From: an uncultured Gammaproteobacteria bacterium
Lineage (GTDB): Bacteria; Patescibacteriota; Patescibacteriia; Magasanikbacterales; JBBTXJ01
Assembly: GCA_964610305.1 (NCBI GenBank)
Contig: CAZSVL010000001.1
Coordinates: 174,781 to 232,002 of the forward strand
DNA length: 57,222 nucleotides
Reading direction: 5' to 3'
The notes beneath the pieces were generated by a model. It had not been told where the DNA came from, made no database searches, and was given only the letters and a program-made list of their open reading frames with translations. Below are positions 9,952 to 19,319 of the stretch, piece by piece; the stretch's first letter is position 1, and every line of letters begins with the position of its first letter. A program made the position numbers and the translations under genes.

Positions 9952-10695
9952 ATGACACTCATAATATTTGCCGCTGGCCTTGCATTTGGATCTTTTTTTA
10001 ATGTGGTGATTGAGAGAACGGCAGATGGTAAAAATCTGGGAGGTAGATCAGGATGTAATCAATGTAAAACGCAGCTTGCGTGGTGGCAATTAATTCCCGT
10101 ACTTTCTTATGTATTTCTTGGGGGGCGCTGCTATAAATGCCACAAAAAAATCCCGTGGCACTATAGTGTTGTAGAGCTGCTGACTGCTGCTATTTTTGTT
10201 TTACTTTGGCAGAAGCACGGCTCATTTTCTTTAGAGTTTTTCTTGAGCATTGCCGTTGCGTGCTCATTTTTGATTTTGTTTTGGCAAGATGCGTTGTATG
10301 GATTGCTGCAGGACACCATAACCATCCCCTCAATAGTGATAATTTTTACACTGCGTTTGCTGATCAACGATGATCTTTTTTATCCGGCGATGGCTGCGCT
10401 TATTGGAGGTATGTTTTTTTGGATCCAACATTTTTTGTCAGATGGAAAATGGGTTGGACAGGGAGATATCCGTTTGGGTATGCTCATGGGCATCTCGCTT
10501 GGTTTGAAAGGTTTAATGCTTAGTCTTGGTTTGGGATATATTTTTGGCGCACTGGTGGCGCTTGTTCTTTTGGGATTAAAAAAAGCCGACGCCCAGACAA
10601 AGCTGCCGTTGGGTGTCTTTTTGATTCCCGCTGCAGCTATTGTGTTTTTTTATCAGGATCAGATTCTCAGTATTTACTTTTCTTTTTTGATCTAA
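9952..10695 (+). CDS. pilD: Prepilin peptidase (A24)
   Basis: GSFFNVVIER, two CxxC pairs, catalytic Asp motifs WQD and GQGD; start moved to 9952. Confidence 0.9.
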   Translation: MTLIIFAAGLAFGSFFNVVIERTADGKNLGGRSGCNQCKTQLAWWQLIPVLSYVFLGGRCYKCHKKIPWHYSVVELLTAAIFVLLWQKHGSFSLEFFLSIAVACSFLILFWQDALYGLLQDTITIPSIVIIFTLRLLINDDLFYPAMAALIGGMFFWIQHFLSDGKWVGQGDIRLGMLMGISLGLKGLMLSLGLGYIFGALVALVLLGLKKADAQTKLPLGVFLIPAAAIVFFYQDQILSIYFSFLI

Positions 10696-10699
10696 CTGG

Positions 10700-11878
10700 C
10701 TAGTTTAAACCTAGTTCTTTTTGAAAATCAGCAATGGACATCTGATAATCCTCAAGAAGGTCTGATGCAATGGGATCTCCTGATGGAAACTCTTGCGTGA
10801 GAGGATTTATTTTTGTGCCGTGGCGCAGCATCTCATAGTGCAAGTGCGGTCCGGTTGAAAAACCGGTTGAGCCAACTTTTCCTATGATGTCTCCTTGTTT
10901 TACTTTCTGTCCGCGACTCACTAGTATTCTGGATTGGTGAGCGTAGTTAGTAGAGAAAGTGCCGTTGTGTCTGATGGACGTAAGATAACCGTATCCCGCG
11001 GAGCTCCAGCCGGCGGACGTTACCGTGCCGTCTGCGGTGGCTCTTATCGGTGTCCCAGCAGGAGCTGCATAGTCTATGGCGCGATGACCGGTGCTTACAT
11101 TAAATGCAGCTACATAGCGCCTACCGGTGGTGAATCCGGATGAAATATATTTGTAGTGCACTGGAGCTTTCAAAAACATGCGTACGGCGGAATTGCCCTG
11201 CTCAGCAAAACATCCCGGCTCCTCTCCCCCATCAAAAGGGGACGATGGATATATTTTTCCGGCGTTGTTGTAAGTGCCCGCCAAGATAGTTGCAGGCATG
11301 ACATATTCTCCATCGCGGAAGCGCTCTTCATATATGAATTCAAAGGTGTCCCCTACTCTGGGATCTAAAGCAAAGTCCACGCTCCATTGAAACACTTCTG
11401 CCAATTCTATTATGGCTCTAATGTCTATGTCTGCATCAAGCGCCGCTTGATACATGCTAGACTCCACCGTGCCTTTCTTTTGTACGATTCTAGTCTCATA
11501 CTCAATAGGGACCGCCGTGGCATTCCATGAGCTACTGGCAGTTTTTACAATACGCAGTTCCTCCTCTGTGTCTATGGGATACACTAGTTCTTCTAACTTT
11601 TTATCATTGTCATAATAGAGACTAATTTCTTTTCCAATTCTTACTTTCGACAAATCATAGACTTCTTGAGACGAGGTAAAAAGTACGTGAGCGAGAGAGC
11701 TGGTAACACCGGCATCTCTCATTAACGTGCCAAAGGTGCTACCCTCCTCTACCGTTACACTTTCAGATATGCGCTCTGGCTCATGTGTGGATTGTACTGT
11801 TTCTGTCTCTGTCTGAGGCGCAAATTTAATTAAAAAAAATGCTGCAAAAAAGCCCACAATAATTCCGGCGTATTTCAT
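10700..11878 (-). CDS. M23 family peptidase (MepM/Csd3-like)
   Basis: HRAIDYA and TGPHLHYE motifs, N-terminal anchor; start moved to MKYAG at 11878. Confidence 0.9.
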   Translation of the reverse strand: MKYAGIIVGFFAAFFLIKFAPQTETETVQSTHEPERISESVTVEEGSTFGTLMRDAGVTSSLAHVLFTSSQEVYDLSKVRIGKEISLYYDNDKKLEELVYPIDTEEELRIVKTASSSWNATAVPIEYETRIVQKKGTVESSMYQAALDADIDIRAIIELAEVFQWSVDFALDPRVGDTFEFIYEERFRDGEYVMPATILAGTYNNAGKIYPSSPFDGGEEPGCFAEQGNSAVRMFLKAPVHYKYISSGFTTGRRYVAAFNVSTGHRAIDYAAPAGTPIRATADGTVTSAGWSSAGYGYLTSIRHNGTFSTNYAHQSRILVSRGQKVKQGDIIGKVGSTGFSTGPHLHYEMLRHGTKINPLTQEFPSGDPIASDLLEDYQMSIADFQKELGLN

Positions 11879-11964
11879 AGTAGATACGATTGTAGCACAC
11901 TTTGTGCGATAATCGGGAGCTGGGCAGCCTTGCAGCGCATTTTTGTTTCTCGTATGATAGATAT

Positions 11965-12249
11965 ATGAAAACAAACATGAATAAAGAAGATTTTAAGAAG
12001 TTGTTAGATGAGGCTTTTGGATTGCGCAAGGAGTACGGAGACAAGCATGGGATTAACACTGCGTTGCGTCATATTACTGATTCCACAGAGCGCAGGGATC
12101 TTTTTGTGGCTATAGATAAGGAATTTAAAAAGGCTGATGCAGAAGCAGCGGAGATCAAACGTGCGGTTGAGCACGATAGGATTTCAACGTTGTATGAAGA
12201 TGCAAAAGCTCATGAGATGCGAATCCCACGTGATAGCCTTCCTGGTTAG
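11965..12249 (+). CDS. Hypothetical protein
   Basis: Charged helical ORF; upstream in-frame extension overlaps the divergent gene, so ATG 11965 chosen. Confidence 0.6.
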   Translation: MKTNMNKEDFKKLLDEAFGLRKEYGDKHGINTALRHITDSTERRDLFVAIDKEFKKADAEAAEIKRAVEHDRISTLYEDAKAHEMRIPRDSLPG

Positions 12250-12296
12250 TAAGATATTTTTGTCTCAACGTCTTCTCAGTCGGAGGTGAAAAATAT

Positions 12297-12821
12297 ATGA
12301 GTGAAAAAACAATGACACTTCAAAGAGTGAGTAGAGTGAGTTTAGTAATTTTTATGGCGGTCGCTGTTATGCTTGTTTTAGCAACGCCTGTCTCGGCTGA
12401 AGAGGGAAAAGCTAAAAAAGAGTATTTTAAGAAAGATGGGTATCATCTAAAAGATAAACGTTTTTTTAAGAAGCACAAGAAATTTAAGGCACGTTGGAAT
12501 CAGATGTCTAAGGGGGATATACAAGAGCTGAAGGCCAAGCATACAAAATTAAGAAAGCAGCGAAGGGCAGAATTTGAGTCATTTGTAGGTAAAAGTAAAG
12601 AAGAGATCAGAAAAGCACGAAAAAGTGGCACGTCTGTAGGAGAGTTGCTTGAGCAAAGCGGGAAGACGCAAGACGATGCTCGGCAGTTTTTGGAAAATCG
12701 TGCCGAAAAGAAATTGAATCATGTAAAAGAGAAAAAGGACATTTCTGATGAAAGGGAATTAAAAATAAGAGAAAGAATGAAAGGATTTGTGCAGAGAATG
12801 CTGAGTAAGTGGTTTAAGTAA
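12297..12821 (+). CDS. Hypothetical secreted basic helical protein
   Basis: Signal-peptide-like N-terminus ending PVSA-EE, Lys/Glu-rich body, terminator follows. Confidence 0.7.
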   Translation: MSEKTMTLQRVSRVSLVIFMAVAVMLVLATPVSAEEGKAKKEYFKKDGYHLKDKRFFKKHKKFKARWNQMSKGDIQELKAKHTKLRKQRRAEFESFVGKSKEEIRKARKSGTSVGELLEQSGKTQDDARQFLENRAEKKLNHVKEKKDISDERELKIRERMKGFVQRMLSKWFK

Positions 12822-12828
12822 TACAGAT

Positions 12829-12858
12829 AAAAATAGCGCTTAGTTAAGCGCTATTTTT
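12829..12858. terminator. Bidirectional intrinsic terminator
   Basis: Perfect 13-bp inverted repeat AAAAATAGCGCTT-AGTT-AAGCGCTATTTTT. Confidence 0.85.
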
Positions 12859-12959
12859 GTATCTTCTGTCGCCATTTTGTGTATTAAGTTAAGGCGCTTT
12901 TTTTAGAAATATCAAAAAATTAAGCTTAATTTGGCTAAGACTAGCCACAAAACTGCGTC

Positions 12960-12988
12960 TTGACAAATTCATTTTTTTATGGTAAAAA
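12960..12988 (+). promoter_or_regulatory. Possible sigma70 promoter of the PspA island
   Basis: TTGACA-17 nt-TAAAAA with TG extension; -10 imperfect. Confidence 0.45.
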
Positions 12989-13064
12989 AGGGGTCAACAA
13001 AGCGCAAAAAAATAGGGCGCCTGTTGCGTTCCTTACAATACATCACTCAAAAACAGGAGACACC

Positions 13065-13760
13065 ATGAGTGAAGAGCAAACAGCCAAGAAGTCGTGGACG
13101 GCCAGCTTTGGAAAAGGACTGTCCAATCTCATCTTTGAGGATGACAGTAGCTCTGAGCAGGCTCTGGATCTGGATGATCTAGATTTTGACGATGACGACG
13201 ATTTCCATCCTACTGCCGCAATTCCCGTAGAGGGTTCTGAGCAGGAAGGTGAGCCAGTAGATGAGCGTGGGCAGAACAGCATTAACGCTCAGTTCCCGGA
13301 TCTGTATGCCAATATGGGTCTGCAGGCTGATGCAAATACGGATACGCTTCTGAATACTTTTGATGGCATGAAGGCCATGGATGAAACAGCGCGTGGTCAG
13401 GCAATGGGCGCCATGATTGGTGGAATGCAGGCGGATGTTACGCGCACCCGCATGATTCTTGCCAAGCGCAGCAAGTGCCTTGAGTTTGTGGTAAAGGCGC
13501 AGCAGCAGGCTGTGGCCAAGAAGCAGGCGGCACGTACGCAGGCTTTGGCTTCTTCAAAGACCCAGGCCGATGCTCAAGTAGAAGCATTTCGCAAGCAGAT
13601 TGCAGAGGTTGAGGATTCGCTTGCCGCTCAGGTGCAGGATGATCAGAGCAACACCAATACGGAAAATGCCGCCTTGCGTGGCATGGAAATCCGTATGAAC
13701 ACCGAAATTGAGCGCATGGCTGCGCTTGATAATTTCTTTAGCTCGCAAGAGGAGGGGTAG
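13065..13760 (+). CDS. Hypothetical protein, acidic N-terminus and coiled-coil C-terminus
   Basis: SD AGGAG before ATG 13065; stop abuts the pspA-like start. Confidence 0.8.
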   Translation: MSEEQTAKKSWTASFGKGLSNLIFEDDSSSEQALDLDDLDFDDDDDFHPTAAIPVEGSEQEGEPVDERGQNSINAQFPDLYANMGLQADANTDTLLNTFDGMKAMDETARGQAMGAMIGGMQADVTRTRMILAKRSKCLEFVVKAQQQAVAKKQAARTQALASSKTQADAQVEAFRKQIAEVEDSLAAQVQDDQSNTNTENAALRGMEIRMNTEIERMAALDNFFSSQEEG

Positions 13761-14477
13761 ATGGACTGGTTAAGGAATCTCTGGCGCGGCATCATGCGCG
13801 TCTTGGTTACCAAGTCAGCCGAGGCTGCACCTGAGGTAACCATTGGTGGCATGATCGCCAAGCGCAAGGCGCAGCGAAAGGACATCATTAATAAGGCCTC
13901 TAAGGTTAGGGGTCTGCTGAAGAGTACGCGGTCAAGGCATAAGGCAAAGAATGCTGAGCTGCAAAAGCTCAAGCGTGCACTTCAGAATGCCATTGCTGAG
14001 GGTAACAAGAAGGCCGGTTCTGTCATTATCCAGCAAGTCAAGATTCTTGAAGAGCTGGTAAATGATCTTGCCCAGGATGTAAAGGAGCTTGCTGCGGTTG
14101 ACAAGCAGCTTGTCTCTGACATCAAGGTCTTCAATCAGAAGATTCTTGACATGCAGTCCAAGCTCAAGGTCAAGTCTGCCCGAGCATCAAATGCGCGGAC
14201 GCAGCGTGAAGTCATGGATCAGGTTAGCGGTTTGGCTATTGAATGGGATTCTGAGGCCGAGCAAGCCGCATGGGACAAGTTTGATGCGGATATTGGAGCC
14301 GCTGAAATCGTGGCAGAGACTGATGGCGCTCAGCTTGAGCGTGAAGTGCGCCAGTTGGTGCAGGATGCAGAGGTTGACGCGGCCGGCGACGAGTTTGATA
14401 CTCTGCGCGCCGAGTTTGAGGCTTCTCAGGGAGTCTCTGAGGCCGCGTCCGGCGACAATTCTAGCAAGTCTGCTTAG
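13761..14477 (+). CDS. PspA/IM30 (Vipp1/ESCRT-III superfamily)-like protein
   Basis: 238 aa, amphipathic N-terminal helix MDWLRNLWRGIMR, long coiled-coil hairpin, ALQNAIAEGN motif position, C-terminal DEFDTLRAEF. Confidence 0.7.
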   Translation: MDWLRNLWRGIMRVLVTKSAEAAPEVTIGGMIAKRKAQRKDIINKASKVRGLLKSTRSRHKAKNAELQKLKRALQNAIAEGNKKAGSVIIQQVKILEELVNDLAQDVKELAAVDKQLVSDIKVFNQKILDMQSKLKVKSARASNARTQREVMDQVSGLAIEWDSEAEQAAWDKFDADIGAAEIVAETDGAQLEREVRQLVQDAEVDAAGDEFDTLRAEFEASQGVSEAASGDNSSKSA

Positions 14478-14503
14478 AACAAAAAGCAACGGAGGGAAAA
14501 GAT

Positions 14504-16381
14504 ATGGCTGGTAAGAAGCTTACCCCGGTAGCAAAGATTATTCTGGTGCTCATGGTTGTTGGCGCTGCTTATGGCAGCGTTAAGCTGTTTGCGCCTGATC
14601 TCATGGCAAAGGTGTTCCCCGAGAAGGCTGTATCGCAGTCTAGCGTTCCGCCCAAGGCGGATCTGCCTGAGCCAAGTGTAGCGGGGAACGACAGCGGCGC
14701 TCCACCGCAGGCAAACGCGCCAAAGCGTGGAGACGGAAGCTTTCCGGATGTAAGTGGCTACATTAGTAGCACGCCGGGCTGCTCCAGCGGTACTCAGGTG
14801 CGGTGGAAGCACTGGTACTGGAATACGCATAACGGTGTGATTTACGCCAATGGCGGGCCGGTCGCGAAGAAAGACTCACTCATGTGTAAGAACGGTGTGG
14901 ACCTGCGAATGTCCCGTGAGGACGAGGTTCCCAACCAGTTTGCAGAGATGGTCAAGTTTGCCGATGCGCTGAGCAAGGGTGATCCTAACCCCACGGTGGG
15001 CGCCCACTTTATCTCTCTGATGGGAGATGGCACGGCCGCGTTGCTGACGGAGCTCAACGAGAAGCTGGAGAAGTACGGGCCTGAGTATCGCGCTCAGATC
15101 ATTGGATCTGGCGGCTACTCTCGTGGTGAGGACTGCGTGATGGGGCCGCCCAAGTGGCGGGACAATCCTGAGACAGCTCGTGGCGGCCTGTGCGCTGCTT
15201 ACTTGCGAGACGGCGACTGGAACATTGGCATGAAGTGGCTTGGTGACAACGGGATCTGTAACAATCCGGATGAGCGGACGTACGATCCCAACTGTTTCAA
15301 CTGGGTCAACGCCGATGGTTACATTGACGCGGCACAGAAGTATGTAGCAGGCTATTGCGAGGATCGTGATGTGGTGGTCAACGGCCGGCGCACGGGCGAG
15401 AAGCGCAACGTCTGCATTGACTGCGTAGCCACCTGGACGCCGGGCGATAACATCGTTGCTGATAAGCGCGGTGGACTTGTCCGGATTGCCAGCACGCGCG
15501 AGTATGCCTTCCAGATGCCGCAGGCCATCATTGGTGTGCGCAAGTGGATGCGTGACAACCCTGCGGTGGTAGAGGGCATGCTGGAGGCTATCTTTAAGGC
15601 GAATCAGACGATTCGCGATAATGATAACGCCATGCGGCGTGCTAGCGCGCTTGCGGCGGTCACGTACAACGAGGCCAACGCAGATGCAGCGTACGTGTAT
15701 CGGTACTTTAAGGGTGTGACTGAACCGGATAAGACGGGTTTGCAGGTAGAGCGTGGAGGCTCTTCTGTTAACAACCTGGCGGACAACTGCAACCTGTTTG
15801 GTCTGCAGAGTTGCGCTCCGGGTTCTACGAGCATTTTCAAGCGCACCTATGAGGTGTTTGGAGATATCGTGGTTCAGCAGTACCCCAAGTTGGTGCCGCG
15901 CTACCAGCCCTACGCTCATGTTGTGGATACGAGTTACTTGGAGCGCATTGCAGGCAGGGTGAGCGGACGAGTTGCCGCTGCTGCGCTGCCTACGTTTGCG
16001 GCCACTGCTCCCGGAGCAGCGCCTACGCGTATGATCTCCAAGAAGTCATGGCGGATTAAGTTCAAGTCTGGGTCTGCTGGATTTACGCCGGCGGCCAAGA
16101 AGGAGCTCAACGCGCTGTTTGATGATCTGGTTATCACCAGCACGCGGGTTGAGGTTCACGGTCATACGGATAACACCGGCGTGGCACGTGAGAACCTAAG
16201 GCTCTCTGAAAAGCGTGCGTTTGCCGTTAAGAAGTGGTTGGAGAAGAAGTCTCCGACCAACTTCCCGCAGAACCGTGTAAGCGTGTTTGCGCATGGTCAG
16301 AGCAATCCGGTGGTTGCCAATAGTACGGCTGCCAATAAGGCAAAGAATCGCCGTGTAGAGATTGTGATGCGCGCTAACTGA
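14504..16381 (+). CDS. Membrane-anchored substrate-binding protein (NMT1/SsuA-like) fused to OmpA-like peptidoglycan-binding domain
   Basis: N-terminal TM, Pro-rich linker; C-terminal GHTDNTG...NLRLSEKRA...NRRVEI; adjacent ABC genes. Confidence 0.85.
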   Translation: MAGKKLTPVAKIILVLMVVGAAYGSVKLFAPDLMAKVFPEKAVSQSSVPPKADLPEPSVAGNDSGAPPQANAPKRGDGSFPDVSGYISSTPGCSSGTQVRWKHWYWNTHNGVIYANGGPVAKKDSLMCKNGVDLRMSREDEVPNQFAEMVKFADALSKGDPNPTVGAHFISLMGDGTAALLTELNEKLEKYGPEYRAQIIGSGGYSRGEDCVMGPPKWRDNPETARGGLCAAYLRDGDWNIGMKWLGDNGICNNPDERTYDPNCFNWVNADGYIDAAQKYVAGYCEDRDVVVNGRRTGEKRNVCIDCVATWTPGDNIVADKRGGLVRIASTREYAFQMPQAIIGVRKWMRDNPAVVEGMLEAIFKANQTIRDNDNAMRRASALAAVTYNEANADAAYVYRYFKGVTEPDKTGLQVERGGSSVNNLADNCNLFGLQSCAPGSTSIFKRTYEVFGDIVVQQYPKLVPRYQPYAHVVDTSYLERIAGRVSGRVAAAALPTFAATAPGAAPTRMISKKSWRIKFKSGSAGFTPAAKKELNALFDDLVITSTRVEVHGHTDNTGVARENLRLSEKRAFAVKKWLEKKSPTNFPQNRVSVFAHGQSNPVVANSTAANKAKNRRVEIVMRAN

Positions 16382-16394
16382 GTGATGTAGTTAA

Positions 16395-16430
16395 GTCCGA
16401 TCTGCCCAAGGGGGTGGATCGGACGTTTTT
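16395..16430 (+). terminator. Intrinsic terminator, followed by a second hairpin at 16431-16459
   Basis: GTCCGATC...GATCGGAC then GTTTTT. Confidence 0.7.
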
Positions 16431-16492
16431 CTTAGACCCGCACCAGGTGCGGAGCTAAGAATTTCAAAAATATCGTAAAAGAAGGAGGAAAC

Positions 16493-17281
16493 ATGAGAGA
16501 ACTAGCGCTCGCATGGATGCCAAACAAGGTTATCTCTGCCAAGACGTTCTGGCTGATCGCAACGGTGCAGGCCTTCATTGCGCTGCTAATTTGGATTAAC
16601 TCTCCATGGAAGGCACTTCCGGTGCCGCCAGAAGTGTGGAGGGCATTTGTCCATTTGTGGTTTGAAATGGGGCTCAGCCACGAGATTTACACAAGCTTTT
16701 TGCTGAATCTTGAGGCACTTGCCTTCACCCTGATTATCTCGCTGAGCATCTCGTACCTCACGGTACTGCCGGTCATGAGGCCCCTGGCACTTGCCATCTC
16801 TAAGGGACGGTTTCTGGGGCTTATGGGCCTGCCGTTTGTCTTTACGCTGATGTTTGGCGGAGGGCATAATCTAAAGGTGGCACTGCTCACCTTTGGCATG
16901 ACGGTTTTCTTTGTCACCTCTATGGTAGAGGTGGTAGCCCGGATTCCAAAAGCGCAGTTTGATCACGCTAGAACGCTCCGCATGAGCGAGTGGCGTGTGG
17001 TCTGGGAGGTTGTAATTCTTGGCACGCGTCATAAGGCCATTGAGGTCTTTAGGCAAAACGCCGCCATTGGCTGGATGATGATTGCCATGGTAGAGGGAAT
17101 TTCTCGTGCCGACGGCGGCGTGGGAGCCCTGCTGCTTGCAGAAAACAAGCACTTTAAGCTGCCAGAGGTTTTTGCTATTCAGCTGATGATCCTCTTTGGA
17201 GGGTTGCTGGTTGACTACGGCATTGGCATCATTGAGCGCATTGTAAGCCCCTATGCGCGGCTCTCGTTGGAGCGGAGGTAG
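16493..17281 (+). CDS. ABC transporter permease (SsuC/TauC/NitT type)
   Basis: About 6 TM segments, EAA-like FDHARTLRMS, MIAMVEG...GGVG motif; SD AAGGAGG. Confidence 0.88.
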   Translation: MRELALAWMPNKVISAKTFWLIATVQAFIALLIWINSPWKALPVPPEVWRAFVHLWFEMGLSHEIYTSFLLNLEALAFTLIISLSISYLTVLPVMRPLALAISKGRFLGLMGLPFVFTLMFGGGHNLKVALLTFGMTVFFVTSMVEVVARIPKAQFDHARTLRMSEWRVVWEVVILGTRHKAIEVFRQNAAIGWMMIAMVEGISRADGGVGALLLAENKHFKLPEVFAIQLMILFGGLLVDYGIGIIERIVSPYARLSLERR

Positions 17282-17283
17282 TC

Positions 17284-18132
17284 ATGGCTGAATACGGCGG
17301 CGGAGCAGTGCTGGAACATGAGTGGAAGGATCCGCTCATTACTGTCAATGATGTAAACCTTAGCTTTGGCGATAACCATGTGCTGCGTGATGTAAGCCTA
17401 GAGATTCGCGATGTGGTGCGGCCTGGTCGTACCACCGGTCAGGTTGTGGCTTTGCTTGGTCCCTCTGGGATGGGCAAGACACAGCTTTTTAGAATCATTG
17501 CAGCGCTCAATAAGCCCGATTCTGGCATTGTGCTCGTGGGGCCTGAGCAGCAGCCCACCGATGTGGGGATGATTGGGATTGTCTCTCAGCATTATCCCCT
17601 CTTTAATCACCGCACGGTGATGGGAAATCTGTTGGTTGCCGGAAGACTCGCAGGGCTTACGGATCAGACAGCACGTGCTAAGGCTTTTGAGCAGCTGGAT
17701 AAGCTCAATTTGTCCCGGGATGTAGCAACCATGTATCCAGCGCCACTCTCTGGCGGTCAGCGTCAGAGGGTGGCGATCGCTCAGCAGTTCATGTGCTCAG
17801 ATCGTTTTCTTTTCATGGATGAGCCTTTCTCTGGCCTTGACCCAATCGCTTTGGACATGGTGGCAGCCATTGTAGAGGAAGTAGCAAATCTGGATGAGCT
17901 AAACACCGTAGTGGTCATCACCCATGACATTGGCTCTGCCATTGAAGTGGCAGATACCATTTTGCTTCTGGGTAGGGATCGTGATGAGGAAGACCAGCCC
18001 GTGATGGGAGCGCGGATCCAGCGCACGTATGATCTTATTGAGAGAGGTCTTGCGTGGCGCAGCGGCATTAGGAATGAGCCAGAATTCTTTAACCTGCTGC
18101 GCGAGATCAACGCGGATTTTCATCTTATGTAA
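17284..18132 (+). CDS. ABC transporter ATP-binding protein (SsuB/TauB type)
   Basis: Walker A GPSGMGKT, LSGGQ signature, FMDEPFSGLD, H-loop ITHD. Confidence 0.93.
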   Translation: MAEYGGGAVLEHEWKDPLITVNDVNLSFGDNHVLRDVSLEIRDVVRPGRTTGQVVALLGPSGMGKTQLFRIIAALNKPDSGIVLVGPEQQPTDVGMIGIVSQHYPLFNHRTVMGNLLVAGRLAGLTDQTARAKAFEQLDKLNLSRDVATMYPAPLSGGQRQRVAIAQQFMCSDRFLFMDEPFSGLDPIALDMVAAIVEEVANLDELNTVVVITHDIGSAIEVADTILLLGRDRDEEDQPVMGARIQRTYDLIERGLAWRSGIRNEPEFFNLLREINADFHLM

Positions 18133-18137
18133 TAGTA

Positions 18138-18178
18138 GCGAGGCCTAGCACTAGGCTAGGCCTCGCGCTTTCTTTTCT
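18138..18178 (+). terminator. Intrinsic terminator
   Basis: Perfect 12-bp stem GCGAGGCCTAGC/GCTAGGCCTCGC followed by T-rich tract. Confidence 0.75.
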
Positions 18179-18251
18179 CTGATTGTGCATTAGGTGCATA
18201 GCCAGAGCCCAGAAAGCTCAGAATAGTTCATTAAAACTCACGGAGGGCGCA

Positions 18252-19277
18252 ATGGAGGGCGAGCAGCTCTTAAAAAAGGGAATAAAACGCGCCGTCACAT
18301 CCACGGGAAACGTGGTAACGGGGGCGCTAGCGCTAGGAGCATCACTTGCTCTGGCCAATCCCCTGCCCGCCATTTTGTGGGGGTTGGGGTCAGCGGTTTA
18401 TGTAGGAAGCAGAGTTACGTCTGCTAGCTACGCGCAGAAGATTATCAATGAAGAATTTGAAGCTGAAAAGCAGCGATCCGCAGCTAAGCATAAGGCTCTG
18501 CGCGCGTGGGTGCTTAAGACGCTTGATGAGGACCCGTTCTATAGCTGGATGGGTCATGGTCTTATGCCTCAGTACGGCAAGCAGTTTCTAGAGCTAGAGG
18601 CTACGCGCGATAGGATTGCTCGTCAGGCGCATGCACGCAAAGACGTGGCGTTTGGTCTTGAGAGCGATGTTCACAAGCAGATGAATCTGCTTTTGGCAGC
18701 CTATTTGCGCTTTGTTCAATCGCGTATTGTGTTTGTCCAGAAGCTCTCTGGCGTTAGGCTGGATCTGGATGAGCCCGTTATTGAGCCAGAGCAAGAGCTC
18801 TCGCTTCTTGACTGGGCAGCTCATCACCTCCTTGAGGTGGAGCAAGACGATTCGCAGGAAGAGTTTGAAGAGCCGGCCGAATATGACAGAACACCTCTTC
18901 CCAGTTTTGATTTGGATGCGCAACTGCGCTATCTAACGCAAAAACGGGATGCAAAAAAGCGTGCTAGTTCTCAAAATGGAGCCGCTGCAAAGATTACGGC
19001 GGGCCATGTTGAGATGCTTAACAGAAGGATTGCATTTCTGAAGGACATTGCAGCGCGTGATCAAAGGGCTACAGCTCAGCTGGAGGCATTGCCCGATGTG
19101 TTCTACTTCATGTTAGACAGGATTGGTTCCGCTCATGTGGATCCGTCCCAGATTACCTCTTACATGACTGATGTTGTTAGTCGTGTAGAGGCAGATCAAG
19201 AGTTTGTGGAAGAAATGACTCCGTCCTCCGATGACCTCATCAGAGGCATTGAGGAGGAGCAGCTTCTATCGCTTTAA
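18252..19277 (+). CDS. Hypothetical protein: N-terminal hydrophobic hairpin plus long helical domain
   Basis: SD GGAGG before ATG 18252; hydrophobic GALALGASLALANPLPAILWGLGSAVYV. Confidence 0.8.
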   Translation: MEGEQLLKKGIKRAVTSTGNVVTGALALGASLALANPLPAILWGLGSAVYVGSRVTSASYAQKIINEEFEAEKQRSAAKHKALRAWVLKTLDEDPFYSWMGHGLMPQYGKQFLELEATRDRIARQAHARKDVAFGLESDVHKQMNLLLAAYLRFVQSRIVFVQKLSGVRLDLDEPVIEPEQELSLLDWAAHHLLEVEQDDSQEEFEEPAEYDRTPLPSFDLDAQLRYLTQKRDAKKRASSQNGAAAKITAGHVEMLNRRIAFLKDIAARDQRATAQLEALPDVFYFMLDRIGSAHVDPSQITSYMTDVVSRVEADQEFVEEMTPSSDDLIRGIEEEQLLSL

Positions 19278-19279
19278 TC

Positions 19280-19305
19280 GCCCTAATGGAAACATTGGGG
19301 CTTTT
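19280..19305 (+). terminator. Hairpin/terminator
   Basis: GCCCTAATG-GAAA-CATTGGGGC then TTTT. Confidence 0.55.
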
Positions 19306-19319
19306 CTTTAGGAGAGACA

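Noticed and set aside
14876-15919. 347-aa minus-strand ORF
   Set aside because: Antisense shadow of the GC-rich SBP-OmpA gene; no motifs, SD or independent context
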